Below the pieces are notes generated by a model. It had not been told where the DNA came from. It did no database searches and saw only the letters and a program-made list of their open reading frames with translations. Below, piece by piece: positions 19,052 through 36,285 of a stretch of 64,000 nucleotides of DNA. The stretch comes from the human T2T-CHM13v2.0 reference genome, Homo sapiens. Position 1 is the first letter of the stretch, and every line of letters starts with the position of its first letter. Both the position numbers and the translations under genes were made by a program. Location: NCBI RefSeq assembly GCF_009914755.1, contig NC_060926.1; one strand, 5' to 3'.

Positions 19052-19929
19052 TGTGAAAGGAAAATAAATCTTGGAACCCCAAACTCATTAAGCCAAAGTG
19101 AAAAGTTAAGCTGAGATCTGGGTCATGCAAACCTGCCTCATCTTTTGGTTCCTAAATAAAATGGCTACAAGATGAAAAGCTACACGCCTCCCCCGTATTT
19201 TTCCCACAAGGAAATTCCTAGTGAGCTCCAACAACTTTACCCTAAGGTATTTCTGTTAAAATTTCACCATGGCAGGCCAGGCATGGTGGCTCACGCCTGT
19301 AATCCGAACACTTTGGGAGGCCAAGGCAGGCGGATCACTTGATGTCAGGAGTTCAAGACCAGCCTGGCCTACATGGTGAAACCCTGTCTCTACTAAACAT
19401 ACAAAAATTAGTCTGGTCGGGCATGGTGGCAGGGGCCTATAGTCCCAGCTACTTGGGAGGCTGAGGCTAGAGAATAGCTTGAACCCAGGAGGGAGAGGTT
19501 GCAGTGAGATCGTGCCACTGCACTCCAGCCTGGGTGACAGAGAGAAACTCTGTCTCAAAAAAAAATTTCACCATGGCAATGTAAATTGATAGCTTATCCT
19601 TACAGGTGCAGTCACCTCCCTGCCCACCAGACACAAATGCATATCTGATTGTTTCCCTGCCCCATTTTGTCTATGTCATCTTACATTAAAAAAATGCAGA
19701 TTCACTGAGCCAGAAAAAGGCATGAATTTTTTCCTACCCTATTTTTTCCTACCCTCTCTTACATGAAAACTGTGTACTTCTCAATAGCCCATCCTTTCCC
19801 CTTTAAATTTGGAGCCCTCAAAATCATCTTCGGAGAAAGGCATAGACCTCCTGGGCACACGTCCTTAATTTTGACAAGTAAACCTCCTAAAATGATTGAA
19901 ACTTGTCTTGTCATTTTTCTCGATTGGCA
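19052..19929 (+). mobile_element. MER4-family solo LTR (MER4B-like) with an internal Alu (19275-19565)
   Basis: tgtgaaaggaaaataaatc start, ca end, 4-bp TSD GGTT at 19048-51 and 19930-33; Alu flanked by aaaatttcaccatggca. Confidence 0.85.
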
Positions 19930-21523
19930 GGTTGTTGGAGTGATAGTGTTAGATTTTAGTTGCAAACATGCTTTGGAAAATCACTTATAATAAGCCAATA
20001 TCACGCTGGAGGATATCTTTCAACAGCGATAATTAAAATTTTTGAGTGGCTGATTGAAAGATTATCTTTCTAGCCGTAATTAAATAAAGTGAACATTTTG
20101 TCTAAAATGGCTCCTTCAAGTTTTTGACTAATAAAAAAGTATAGCTATCTGTGTTCTATAGAACATTGTAGACAGCAGATGGTAGAGATCATTATATACC
20201 CAGCCTAGGCAACATGGCAAAAGTCCATCTCTACTAAAAATACAAAGAATTATCTGGGTATGGTGGTGCTTGCCTGTAGTTGCCATTACTTGGCAGTCTG
20301 AGGCGGGAGAATCACTTGAGCCCAGGAGGCAGAGGCTGCAGTGAGCTGTGATCACGCCACTGCACTCCAGCTAGGGCAACAGAGTGAGACCTCGTCTTGA
20401 AGATTTAAAAAATTTAAAAAAGAAATCATTATATACATTCAATTTATAGGCATAGAGAATGTTTTGCCTCATCTTTTCTCAAGAAGATAAATATATGACT
20501 ACATATATTCGGTCCATAAAGCCCATCTATTAAGTGAAAACTTCACATTTCTTGTCTCCCTGCATTTTAAAAGTGAAGGTAAAGAAAATGTAGAAAATAG
20601 AATCCCAGGTTAAAGTGACCCCATTGCAAGAACAGTATCTCTGGGAATAAACTGACAATCCACAGCTGGCAGTCTGAGGTGGGAGAGTCACTATGTTCCA
20701 GTCACTATTACCAGAAATTGAGAGCAATTCATCCGCATGGAGCATCTTCACTCAGTCTGGCTCCCCTCTTACACCTTCCTCTTGTTCCTGTTTTCCCTTC
20801 CCACTTGTCCTTACATGTTTATTATACATCTGCCTCTGTTTCACCATGAAGACTTTGGAAGCCACGTGTCAAAGAAAGCAGGACTCCCATCAGCCAGAAT
20901 CCCTAAATGGCTGTGTGACTCAAAGAACCCTGACAACCAGCAACCACCTTATCCTGATAATGTGAGCAAGAAATAATCTCCTTCTTGTGTTTGAGCCAAT
21001 AAACACTTTGGGACCTATTTCTGACAACAGTTACCCTACTTGACGTACAAAAAAAAAAGCTTGTATTGGAAGAGGATGCCATACAAAAACCTGAAATACA
21101 GGCCATTGGCTTCATGATTCAGTAACAGGCAGTGAAGGTAGAGAAAATGTAGAAAATAGAATCCAAAGTTAAAGTGAATCCATATCAGAGGAAACATAGC
21201 AAAGGCTGGAAAGATTATGCAGCAGCAAATCAGGAAAGGAAGGGGAAAATGAGGTGAAAATTGCTAGCTGCTCACCAAAACCCAGTTTCCCCTCTTTTCC
21301 CGGAACACATAGCTGAACTATCTTTTTAAGGCTTCTTTGCAGTGAGGTAGGACCATTCGCCTCAGTTCTAGCCAAAGAAGTATGCACAAAGGTGATGTGC
21401 TTGCTGTATTTCTTTCACAAATTCAACACCAATCCCCAGGTGACCTCAGGAGCCATGGGATGAGAATGCCAAAGCCTCTATCAGCCTAGGTCCTCACCTA
21501 GGTCCCCAACTGACTGTGTGTGA

Positions 21524-21846
<323 letters not shown>

Positions 21847-22428
21847 TGTAACCTTCTTAGACTTTTTATATAAGTGAGGCATAAAGTTCTACATGTTTGA
21901 GCCACAGTGGGAAGGAGATTATTTGTTAAAGCAGAGAGCTTCCTCTAACTAATTAAAATATGCTATATATTATATACAGAATTTAAGTAGGAAGATAAAA
22001 TATGGATCATTTATATTTAAACATTTTTCAATTGGGAAAAATAAATAAAATAATTAGAATGAACTCTTTGTAAACCAGTAGTAACATCATGAGTTTATAA
22101 TTGCTTACATTTTTTCCAAACATGTCCTCCCATAGAAGATATGTTTCAACTATTCATAGAATCTAGAATAGAGGAAATAAAAAGGCAAAAACATATTAAG
22201 TAAAAAAGAGCAATACATTTTAAAACAATTTGCACTTTGAAGGGTATTCAGATCATAATGGCATTTTGATTATCATTTTCTGTCTTATCTAGCCATTTCT
22301 CTATTTAATAATTGAGTTCTGGGTGTCCAGGATTTTAGTCCTAGCTCATTGTTTAAATCTCAGACTACAAAAAAAATAGCCTTAAACAGTAACATGCCAT
22401 GATTTCCTCATTTATAAAACAGAGAGAT

Positions 22429-23032
<604 letters not shown>

Positions 23033-23094
23033 GGAAAGAGAGACAGAAAGAAAGAAAGAAAGAAAGGAAGAAAGAAGGAGAGAGAGAAAGAGAG

Positions 23095-23125
<31 letters not shown>

Positions 23126-23148
23126 GAGAAAGAAAGAAAGAAAGAAAA
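23033..23148 (+). repeat. (GAAA)n / GA-rich microsatellite extending the Alu tail
   Basis: aaagaaagaaag... pure purine tract. Confidence 0.95.
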
Positions 23149-23335
23149 GACGAGACAGAACAAAAATTTTCCTGCTTAATTCTTCTGAATGTATTTTTAA
23201 AATACCTTAATCATTTGCAAAATTACTCTGTAAAATTATTACATTAGCCCATGACATGCTGGAGGAAATTTTTCAAAGCTACTGTTTGGGTTAGAAATAG
23301 TTTAATATGTAGCTTTTCTTTCTGGCACTAATTAG

Positions 23336-23666
<331 letters not shown>

Positions 23667-23829
23667 CAGTTGTCTTTTGAGGCTTTTTCCACATTTGTGC
23701 CCAAAGGACATTATCAACCAGTAGAATTCTTAGCTTTCTATGCTCTATAAAAGATAAGGTATAAACAGATGTAGAAATCACACCATAAAGTCAAAACTTC
23801 AGTATTAAGAGGCATGACAATGTGTCATT

Positions 23830-26540
23830 TATACAACAGCACATCAAAAAGTTTATCTACCACGATCAAGTAGGCTTCATCCCCAGGATGCAAGGCTGGT
23901 TCAACATATGCAAATCAATAAGCATAATTCATCACATAAACAAATCTAAAGACAAAAACAACATGATTATCTCAATAGACACAGAAAAGGCCCTCAATAA
24001 AATTCGACAACCCTTCATGTTTAAAACTCTCAAAAAACGAAGTATTGAAGGAATATATCTCAAAATAATAAGAGCTATTTATGACAAATCCACAGCCAGT
24101 ATCATATTGAATGGGCAAAAGCTAGAAGTATTCCCTTTGAAGACTGGCACAAGACAAAGATGCCCTCTCTCACTACTCCTATTCAACATAGTATTGGAAG
24201 TTCTAGCCAGGGCAATCAGGCAAGAGAAAGAAATAAAGGGTATTCAAATGAAGACAGGAAGTCAAATTGTCTTTGTTTGCAGATGACATAATCCTATGTC
24301 TAGAAAACCCCATCATCTCAGCCCAAAAGCTTCTTAAGCTGATAAGCAACTTCAGCAAAGTCTCAGGATCCAAAATCAAAGTGCAAAAGTCACAAGCATT
24401 CCTATACACCAACAACAGGCAAGCAGAGAGCCAAATCATGAATGAACTTCCATTCACAATTACTACAAAAAGAATAAAATACATAGGAATTCAGCTAACA
24501 AGGCAAGTGAAGGACCTCTTCAAGGAGAACTGCAAACCACTGCTCAAGGAAATCAGAGAGGACACAAACAAATGGAAAAACACTTCATGCTCATGGATAG
24601 GAAGAATCAATATTGTGAAAATGGCCATACTGCCCAACGTAATTTATAGATTCAACACTATCCCAACTAAACTACTGTGGACATTCTTCACAAAATTAGC
24701 AGAAAGTATTTTAAAATTCATATGGAACAAAAAAAAAGAGCTCATAGAGCCAAAACAATCCTAAGCAAAAAGAAAAATCCTGGAGGCCTCACACTACCAA
24801 ACTTCAAACTATACTACAAGGCTACAGTAACCAAAACAGCATGGTACTGGCACAAAAACAGACACATAGACCAACGGATCAGAAGAGAGAACTCAGGATT
24901 AAGGCCTCACATCTACAACCATCTGATCTTCAACAAACCTGACAAAAACAAGCAATGGGGTAAGGATTTCCTATTTAATACATTGTGCTGGGAGAACTGG
25001 CTAGCCATATGCAGATAATTGAAACTGGATCCCTTCCTTACGCCTTACAAAAATTAACTCAAGATAGATTAAAGATTTAAATGTAAAACTCAAAACTATA
25101 AAAACCCTAGAAGAAAATGTAGGCAATACCACTCAGGACATAGGCACAGGCAAAGATTTCATGACAAAATCACCATAAGCAATTGCAACAAAAGCAAAAA
25201 CTGACATTTTCACTATTAAACTAAAGAGCTTCTGCACACAAAAGAAACTATCACCGGAGCCAACAGGCAACCTAAAGAGTGGGAGAAAATTTTTGCAATC
25301 TATCCATCTGACAAAGCTCTAATGTCCAGAATCTACAAGGAATGTAAACAAATTTACAAAAAAAAATCAACTCCATTAAAAAGTGGCCAAAGGATATGAA
25401 CGGACACTTCTCAAAAGACATTCAGGTGGCCAAAAAACATATTAAAAAAGCTCAGCATCACCAGGTGCAGTAGCTAACGCCTGTAATCCCAGCACTTTGG
25501 GAGGCCAAGGTGGGCGAATCACGAGGTCAGGATATGGAGACCATTCTGGCTAACATGGTGAAACCCCATCTGTACTTAAAAAAAAAAAAAAAAAAAAAAC
25601 AGAAAAAAATTAGCCAGGCATGGTGGCAGGCACCTGTAGTCCCAGCTACTCAGGAGGCTGAGGCAGGAGAATGGCATGAACCCAGGAGGCGGAACTTGCA
25701 GTAAGCCGAGATCACACTACTGCACTCCAGCCTGGGCGACAGAGCAAGACTCTGTCAAACAAACAAACAAACAAACAAAAAAGCTCAACATCACTGATTA
25801 TAAGAGAAATGTAAATCAAAACCACAGTGAGATACCATCTCATGCCAGTCAGAATGGCAATTATTAAAAAGTCAACGAACAGCAGATGCTGGCAAGGTTG
25901 CAGAGAAATAGGAACGCTTTTACATGGTTGGTGGAAATGTAAATTAGTTCAACCACTGTGGAAGATGGTGTGGTGATTCCTCAAAGATCTAGAACCAGAA
26001 ATACCATTTGACCCAGCAATCCAGTTACTGGGTATATACCCAAAGGAATATAAATCATTCTATTACAAAGATACATGCACATGTATTTTCATTACAGCAC
26101 TATTCACAGTAGCAAAGACATGGAATCAACTCAAATGCCCATCAATGAAAGACTGGACAAAGAAAATGTGGTATGTATACACCATGGAATACTATGCAGC
26201 CATAAAAAAGAATGAGATCATGTCCTTCACAGGAACAGGCATGGAGCTGGAAGCAAACTAATGGAGGAACAGAAAACCGAACACCGCATGTTCTCACTTG
26301 TAAGTGGGAGCTGAGCAATGAGATCACATGGATACAGGGAGGGGAACAACACACACTGGGACCTGTTGGGGGTGGGGTGAGGGGAAGGAGAGCATTAGGA
26401 AAAATACCCAATGCATGCGGGGCTTAATACCTAGGATATGGGTTGATAGGTGCAGCAAACCACCATGGCATACATTTACCTATGTAACAAACCTGCACAT
26501 CCTGCACATGTACCCAGAACTTAAAATGAAAATGAAAAAG
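23830..26540 (+). mobile_element. 5'-truncated LINE-1 (L1PA-type) with an Alu at 25460-25782
   Basis: ORFs 23822-24286, 24267-24764 and 24677-25018 are frameshifted ORF2p; L1 3' UTR and tail at ~26530; Alu TSD aaaaaagctca(g/a)catca. Confidence 0.95.
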
Positions 26541-27539
26541 CCTCATAATTTTGCTAGCATATTTAAAATAAAATATCAACATATGAATACACAGACTCAA
26601 AGCTTCCATTTGTTAAACATGGACTTTATAATTATGCAGAGAATGGATCCAGTGAGTTGCTTGGATCCCTTTCATGTGGATGCACTGAGAAAGTTCAGAC
26701 TCCTAATTACAATCTTTTTCTTCTTTACCTGGCCAAATTCTTGGTGAGGAATTTTGTTTCTTGACCCTATTCTTTATTATTATTTCCTAAAGGATAACAA
26801 CTGCTGATCATAGGAGAAAGTAATAGAATTCTTTAGGGGTTTTGGTGATAACCAACTCAGAAGAAAATGCCATATTACAAAAAAGAAGAAAAAAAGAAAC
26901 CTAGAAAAGACCTCGAAAAGTTCCAGGCTAGAATATACCCACCCACAAGCTAAATTAGTCTGCTTTTTGATTCATCTGAGGGATGATCAGAAAGGTTGGG
27001 AAAAACTTACCCACAATAGGCAACTTGCATTGTCTTGTAAAACTCTTCTTACACTTTGCTCCCTTCTGATATCCTACCCTTTCAAATCATTCTACACATT
27101 TCCTCTTCCTCTGCTCTTTTCCTCATATATGGAAGCCTTGGAAACTATGTGTTAAAGGCACTACAGCCTCCACCAACCACAGTCCTCAAACAGGTGAAAT
27201 AGAGCTTTGCCCATCCATCCCATCCTCTATCAACATGGAACCCCCTTGTTTACAAGAATGTAAAACAAGCCTCAATTTTGCTTGAGCTGTTACATAGTTT
27301 TTGGTCCATTTAACAGCTATTATCCTATAACATTGAATATAGAAGTCATAATGAAAACTGGCACTGGTGATGAGAATGCTGTGGCCCATGCTTGTAATTC
27401 CAGCTGAGCCAGGAGGATTGCTTGAGTCCAGGAGTTCGAGGCTGCAGTGAGCTAGGATGGCGCCACTGTACTCCAACCTGGGTGACAGAGCAAAACCCTG
27501 TCTCTAAATAAATAAATAAATAAATAAATAGAAAGAAAC

Positions 27540-29320
27540 TAGTACTGGAAGTGAGGTGTTGCCATAATAAAAATGGCTTAGTGATCAGGAATTTTATATC
27601 AGAGCATGGAAAATGGTTTCCTTTATTAGGCAATGGCAAAACATGACAGATTTCTTGCAAGATATATCACAAAAGGTAAACATTTTTTTAATGCCTCTAA
27701 GTCCTGTAGCTCTAGGAAAAGGAATTGGAAAACACTAACAATAGAGTCTGTTGGTTACCACTCACTGGGTTTGAAGGCTTATTACAGTTAAGAGATCAGC
27801 TCCAGCAATAATTGATTCATTTGAGAACAAAAGTGAATGGGACTCAAGAGAGTACAGAAAAGTGGGTTCTCGTAGGGTTGGAGAAGCCAAAAGAACTCCG
27901 AAGAGTAAGAGATGAGACTGAAAGAGGCTTTGAGCAACAAAAAGCTAGTTAGGGTTTCTCGATTAAACAGAGGAATTGAGCACTGAGGTAAATTTCAAAG
28001 TAAGCAAAGCCTTGACACCTAACCACCTGGCATCAGATAGCCTCAAGGGAGTACCATTCAACTAAGAGAGAAATTTGGTTTGGGAGGGAAAAGTTAAGAA
28101 ATAAATCAGGCTTATGGATTAAGTTTAGAACAGAACTCTAGATGTTGTTATAAATATGTGGAATTCATGGACAATAAATCAATGAAAAGCCAACCAAGCT
28201 TTAATAAAATCACTGAAAGAACCATAAACCTGAACATAAAGTACTTTTCAAGTACTGTTCAAGCCTTAATAAAACCCTTAGTCATCCAAACTTAAACATG
28301 CAGAAAAAAGCTGTGAATACATACAGTGCTATAGAAGGGTGTGTCCCCCAGTGGATACTTCAGAGGTGGCCAAGAAGGAAATTGAAAGAGAAAATGAAAA
28401 AAAAAAAAAAATAGAGGGCACGGTCAGGAGAATTATTTCAAAAGAGCAGAATCAAAGTCAAGAAATTTCCAAATTCCTCCACTGCTAGAGGAGAGGGACC
28501 CCTTTAATCACAGCCTGGTAGATTTAGATAATAGACCATTGGCCACTGTTTGTCTCCCATTTTTCCACTTCCTAGATAGTAGTTGTATTGGGATTACTCT
28601 GTCACTCATCAAACATTGTATATTGGAAGTACAGTAAGGGAAGACAAACTTATTAAAAGGTCACCAAAACATCAAGAACATCATCCAGACCTGATAGGGA
28701 GAACTGTACTTCACACAAAGTAAGTGGATATTGGCCTGTGTGCAGTAATTATATGGGAGTTTGTGTTATCTCCTGTAAGGGAGGGGCAGGAAGAAAGAGG
28801 GTAAGGGGTTCTATATGTGGGAAGATCGGAAGAAGGGTGATACTTGAGGACAAGATAGAAAGTGTATAGGAGAGACAGCTAGCTGCTTACCCAAACTGTA
28901 TTTTCCTCTTCTTCCAGGGCACACAGTTAAACTATATTTTCCAGGAATTCCTGCAGGTATGAGTGGCCTATGACCGAGTTCTAGATAGAGGAACATCTGA
29001 GGAAGACATGTGCCTAGTTCCAAGGCTGACCCATAAAAGCTTCTTACACGTACTGCCCCACAATCTTTCCTCTGCCATGAACTGGATGGCAGTCTCCAAG
29101 TAAGGACACCCTTGGAAGCCATGAGTGTCAAAACCTCCATCAGTCTGAGACCATGCATAATTACATGGAAGAGAGCCCCCAACAACCCAACAACCCTCCC
29201 ATCTCACCAACTTGTAACTCATTAGACTGTTTTAAAAGAAATAAACTTAAATTTTGTTTGAGGATGTTATATATATTGGGGTCTATTTGTTAGAGCAGAT
29301 AGCCTAATTTAACTACTACA
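27540..29320 (+). mobile_element. Old MaLR (MLT1) internal remnant plus LTR (~28865-29320)
   Basis: MLT-int-like start agtactggaagtgaggtgttgcc; LTR ends ...tatttgttagagcag...ctaatttaactactaca. Confidence 0.55.
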
Positions 29321-29800
29321 AAGCAAGCTAACTACTACTATTACATGAATCTTCCAAAATCAAAAGGAATTATTTTCTATTTGTAACATATGCAGCAAAC
29401 AATTAGAATAATTCTTTTGTAAAGAAAAATATGTTTATATGAATATTAAGAGTTTTATTGGCTTTTCTGTTTTCCAAGTGGCTTTTCCCAAAGTATATTT
29501 ACTTCTAATATCTATAAGATTTATAAAATGGCAGGAGAAATCTAAAATAGGAATGTGTAAAGTCCTTATGTTGTCTAGAAAATGGTAAGAGTATTAATGT
29601 TTACTAGGCATTGATAAACCAAAAATGACTATAATAATGTAATTTTAATGTAATCCAATAAAGAAGTAAGAAGAAGAAAAGGAACATAAAACAGGTAAGA
29701 CAAATAGAAAACAAGCAGGAAGATGGTAGATTTAAACCTAAATATATCAGTAGTTACATGGAAAGTAAATGAAACAATTTCTCCAATTAAAAGCCAAACA

Positions 29801-30124
<324 letters not shown>

Positions 30125-30249
30125 TTAAAGAAAACCTATAGGCTGCTTGCAAGAGACATGATTGAATATACGAAGATATATAAGTTAAAAATAAAAAGAT
30201 GGAATAAGATATGCAAACACTAAGTCGTCTCAAAAAAATATAAAGCCGG

Positions 30250-30796
30250 TGAATGGTATCAGAACATATCACCCCATAATATGCCACTTTGCCATGTTGA
30301 TTATTTTGAGCTGAAGGCAATTGAGAAACAGCAGATGCAGAAAGGGGTCTCTTTCTTACACCTTTATGCCTAAGAAAAGTGCCATCCCTGTACCAGGAAT
30401 AGAACATTCTTATCACCAGAGTCAAGGAGTTGAAGCCATGATGAATCTGTACAAACAAACCTCACTAAAATAACCCTTATCTCCCATTAGTTTTCTCCAT
30501 ATATTTCTTAGTCACTTTCCCATAATTTACCACTCTTAGCCCAAATCCTTTTTTCCTTTGTATTGTTACATCTCCACAAGTTATTGCTCTGTGTTAAAAT
30601 AGTATATAAGCCTCCAGTCAATTCATTTATTTGGGGTTTTTATTTCTTGCTATGATGTTTCCTTTGCCATGTAAAAATACTAATATTAAATAAAATTTCT
30701 GTGCTTTTTCTCCTGTTAATCTGTCTTTTGTCAGTTTAATTTATAGGTCCCAGGCATTAAACCTAAGAGAGTAAAGAAAAAAAAATTTTTTCTACA
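30250..30796 (+). mobile_element. ERV1 solo LTR (MER31/MER67-like) inserted in the L1M
   Basis: tg...ca ends, TATA-like gtatataag at ~30602, attaaataaa poly(A) signal at ~30685. Confidence 0.6.
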
Positions 30797-32232
30797 CTGG
30801 TGTAGACTTTTAAGCAAAAAACACCATTAGGGATAAAGAGGGACGTTACACAATGATAAGAAATTCAACACACACAAAAGATAATTCTACATTTATTGGT
30901 ACCTAACAGAAAAGCCACAAAATATATAAAGCAAAGATTGACAAGATTAAAAGGAGAAATAGACAAATCCACTACCAAAGTAGAAGCTTGTAACTCACCT
31001 CAGTCGCTGATGGCACAAGCAAAAAATCAGTAAGGATGTAGAAAATCTGAACCATGTGATTAACAAACTTGACTTAATTGACATAGATAAAACAACATAC
31101 CCAACAACTTCAAATGTGCATTCTTTTTAAGTACACATGGAACACATAAAAATGATAAATGTTGGGACATATAGTAAATCTCAAATTTCAAAAAACTAAA
31201 ATTGTGCCAAGTACATCCTCTGACAATAAGAAACAAAACTAAAAATCAATAACAAGAAGAAAATTCCCCATGTAAATGGAAATTAAGAAATAAACCAATA
31301 AACACCTCATAGATCAAAGAAAAAATTATAATTGAATTCAGAAAACAATTCCTGAATGATAATAAAAATATGACATATCAAAACTTATGAGATTCACCAA
31401 AAGCAAAACTTAAGAAGGAAAAAATTATAGCCTTAAATGCATTTCTTAGAAAAGAAGATCCATCCCTGCAAGGTCTGAGAAAAAAAAAAAAGAAAAGCTA
31501 AAAATCAATGATCTAAGCATCCAAAGGTAGAGATATGAAAAAAGTTAAGAAAGAAACTGATATAGAAAACAAGCATTCAAGAAAGGGGATCAGCAGTTAA
31601 AGTCTAAAGTTATCTCTTTGAAACAGCTATAAAATTAACAAGCTCCTAATAAGACTAGACTTTTTTTAAGACAAGGGTCACAAGAACAAATATTAGGGGG
31701 AAAAAGAATATGTCAATACATATTCTAAAGACATTAAAATATCTCAGGATACTATGATCAGCTTTATGCCAAACAATTGGAAAGTTTAAATTAAAAACAC
31801 AATTTACAATATAGGCAAATGCAAAAAATATAAATTTTTTCTACTTTTTCTGTAATTGTTCTGTAACTATTAAAAAATTGAATGTATAATTTAAAACCTC
31901 TCTTCAATAAAATTTTCAGGCCAGATGGCTTAAGTGATGTATTTACCAAGCATTTAAGGAAGATAATACACCAAATTTTATCAACCACTTCCATAGAATA
32001 GAAACAGAAGAAATAACTACTGATTATTTTGTGAGACCAGTATAACCATAATTCCAAACTCTGAGGGGGCAAAACAAGAACCTAATGATTTCAAACAAGA
32101 ATCTCTTTCATGAATACAGTTGTAAAACTCCCCAACATAAAAAATAAAGCCAGTTATATTAAAAAGTATAATTCTTATGACCAAGCTAGGTTTATTTCAG
32201 AAATGCAAGATTGGTTGAACATTCAAAAATCA

Positions 32233-33316
<1,084 letters not shown>

Positions 33317-34320
33317 CTACAGCATACTTCACACTCAATGATGGAAAGTTGAAAGCTTTCTGATGATTGCTTGAGACCAAGACAAAGTGCTCAAGCAAGT
33401 TGAGACCAAGACCAAGTGCTCCTATTACCCCTTTTATTCAGCATCGTACTGGAGGTCTTTGCTGGTGCAGAAACTCAAAGAAAAGAAATATATGTTAAAG
33501 AATCGAAAACAAAGATATGAAACTTATTTTTCACAGATGGTGAAATTGAATACACTGAAAATCCAAAAGAACCTATCAGTAAATCACTAAAATTAATAAG
33601 TAGTTTGGCAGGTTTTCTAGATCTGTGTCAAGTTACAAAAATGAAATGCATTTTACAAACCAAAAACAGTTACTACACGAAGTGTTGAAATATACATTTA
33701 CCATACTACTGAAAAGAATATAGGAAAACAAATCTAATAAATGATATGTAAAAATCTATACAGAAAATTCTAGAACATTGTTAAGAAACATTAAAGAATA
33801 CCTGAGTAAATGGAAGGATATATTATGTTCAGGGATTGGAAGATGAATATTGTCCATTCTCCTCAAAATGATCTACAGAAACAACCCATGTTGTTTCCAT
33901 TTTAAACATCAACAGCATTTTTGTGGAAATTGACCAGTTGATTCTAACATGTAATATTGGAACACAAAGAACTGGAAATAACCCAGACAATTTGAAAAAG
34001 GTGAACACAACTAAAGGACTTCACTACAAGATATCAAGATTTAAATAAAGCTACTCTAATTAAATGGTATTGTCTCAAAGATAGAAAAATAAGCCAGTTG
34101 AAAGAAAAGACTCATGCCTATTTGGGCGGTTGATTTACTACAAAGGTGACATGGCAAAACTGTGTGGCAAAGACAATACTCAGTTACTTGGATACCTACA
34201 TCTAATAAATCTTGAAGAAAAAGAAATCCAGGCCCTCTAATCCACACCAAGCAATTACTGGTGGATTTTAGATAAAAATGTAAAAAGATAAAACAATAGC
34301 ATTTTGAGAAGATAACCTAA

Positions 34321-34655
<335 letters not shown>

Positions 34656-35875
34656 AGATTTCTTAAACAGAATGCAAAAAGCACTTAACCCTAAAGGAAA
34701 TAATTTATATACTGGACTACACTAAAATTAAAAAATTTCCTTCACTCAAAGATACCATTAAGATCATGAAAATGCAAACCGAAGAGTAGACAAAGATTTT
34801 TGAAACCTATTTATCCAAACAAGGGCTCATATTCAGAGTATCTAAAGGACCCTTATACTTCAATATAAGAAATGCAGTGAATCCCAGAAGTAAAGATACT
34901 TGAATAGGAACTTCACAAAAGTAGATATTCCAAAGGTCAGTCTAAACACATGAAAGTGCTCTCTCATTAGCAGTTAGGGAAATGCAAATTCAAATCACAG
35001 TGAAATATCACTACACACCTAAATTGGCTAAAAAAAAAATTGCCAATACCAAATGTTGGCAAGGATATGAAAAAATTGGAACTTCTATAAACTGATAGTG
35101 GTAGTGTCAGTTGGTGCAATCACACTGGAAAACTGGCATAATCTTTTAAAGTTGGACATGCATATACTCTATAATTCAGCAATTTCACTCAGGCATACAT
35201 AGTCAACAGGAATGCAGGCATGTTTGCAAATATTCATAATAATACTATTCATAATACCTCAGTACTGAAATTAATCCAAAGGTCTATCAACAGTAGAATG
35301 GGTAAAAACACTGTGGTACATTTTAATATATAAGTGGAATTTATAAAAAGTAATCTTCTATGTCTGACTTCTTTCACTTGAACTTAACATTTGTGAGATT
35401 CATCCACATCGTGGCAGGCTTCTATTGTTGGGAATCAGGATCGTGTTTTTGTCTTTGGAAAGGAGGAGGAGTCTGGTGGTTGGGAGGGGTCACAGAGTGG
35501 TTTCTGGGGTGATCGGTTTCTATCTTGATTTCTGTAGTGGTAGCATGGGTATGTTCATTGTGTGACAATTATTCTGTAGGCTTATGGTTTGTACGCTTTT
35601 TAGTATGTTATACTTCAATAAAAAATGTGTTTTTTACAAGGCAAAACAAATTTAAAAATTATTATTAAAATTATTATATAATGACATGTATCAAAACCAT
35701 TGTATCTGTCTGAAAGTGATTCATCTAAAACATTTCTTTCTGTAAATTCTAGATAGTAATTTCAGCTGTCTTTTGAGACCTTTTCAAGGTTGTGACTAAA
35801 TGACAATAGAAATCATTCTGTTAACATGAGTTTAAAGTTGTTTATTGTTTATCATTATTTTCCCCAAACACCTAG

Positions 35876-36285
35876 TGCTATGGTTTGACTGTGTCCACCA
35901 AAGTTCACGTGTTGGAAACTTAATCCCAATGCAACAGTGTTGAGAACTGGGACCTTTAAGAAGTAATTAGGTCACGAGGCTCTGTTTTTAATGAATGGAT
36001 TAATTCCGTTATCCTGGGAGTAGGTTAGTTATCTTGAGAATGAGTTCCTGATAATAGCACAGTTTCTGCTCACTTCCCCTTTCTCTTTCACATTCTCTTC
36101 CCCTTCCGCCTTCCACCACAGAATGACATAGCAAGAAGACCCTCACCAGATGCCAGCACCTTGATATTGGACTTCCTGGCCTCCAGAATTAAGAAATAAA
36201 TTTCTTTTCGTTACAAATTACCTAGTCTCGGGTATTCTTTTATAGCAGCAGGGGAAAAAAAAAAAAAAAAAAAAAACTAAGATAC
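35876..36285 (+). mobile_element. MaLR LTR (MSTC/MSTD-like)
   Basis: tgctatggtttg start; aataaatttcttttcgttacaaattacc...tatagcagca...ctaagata end. Confidence 0.8.
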
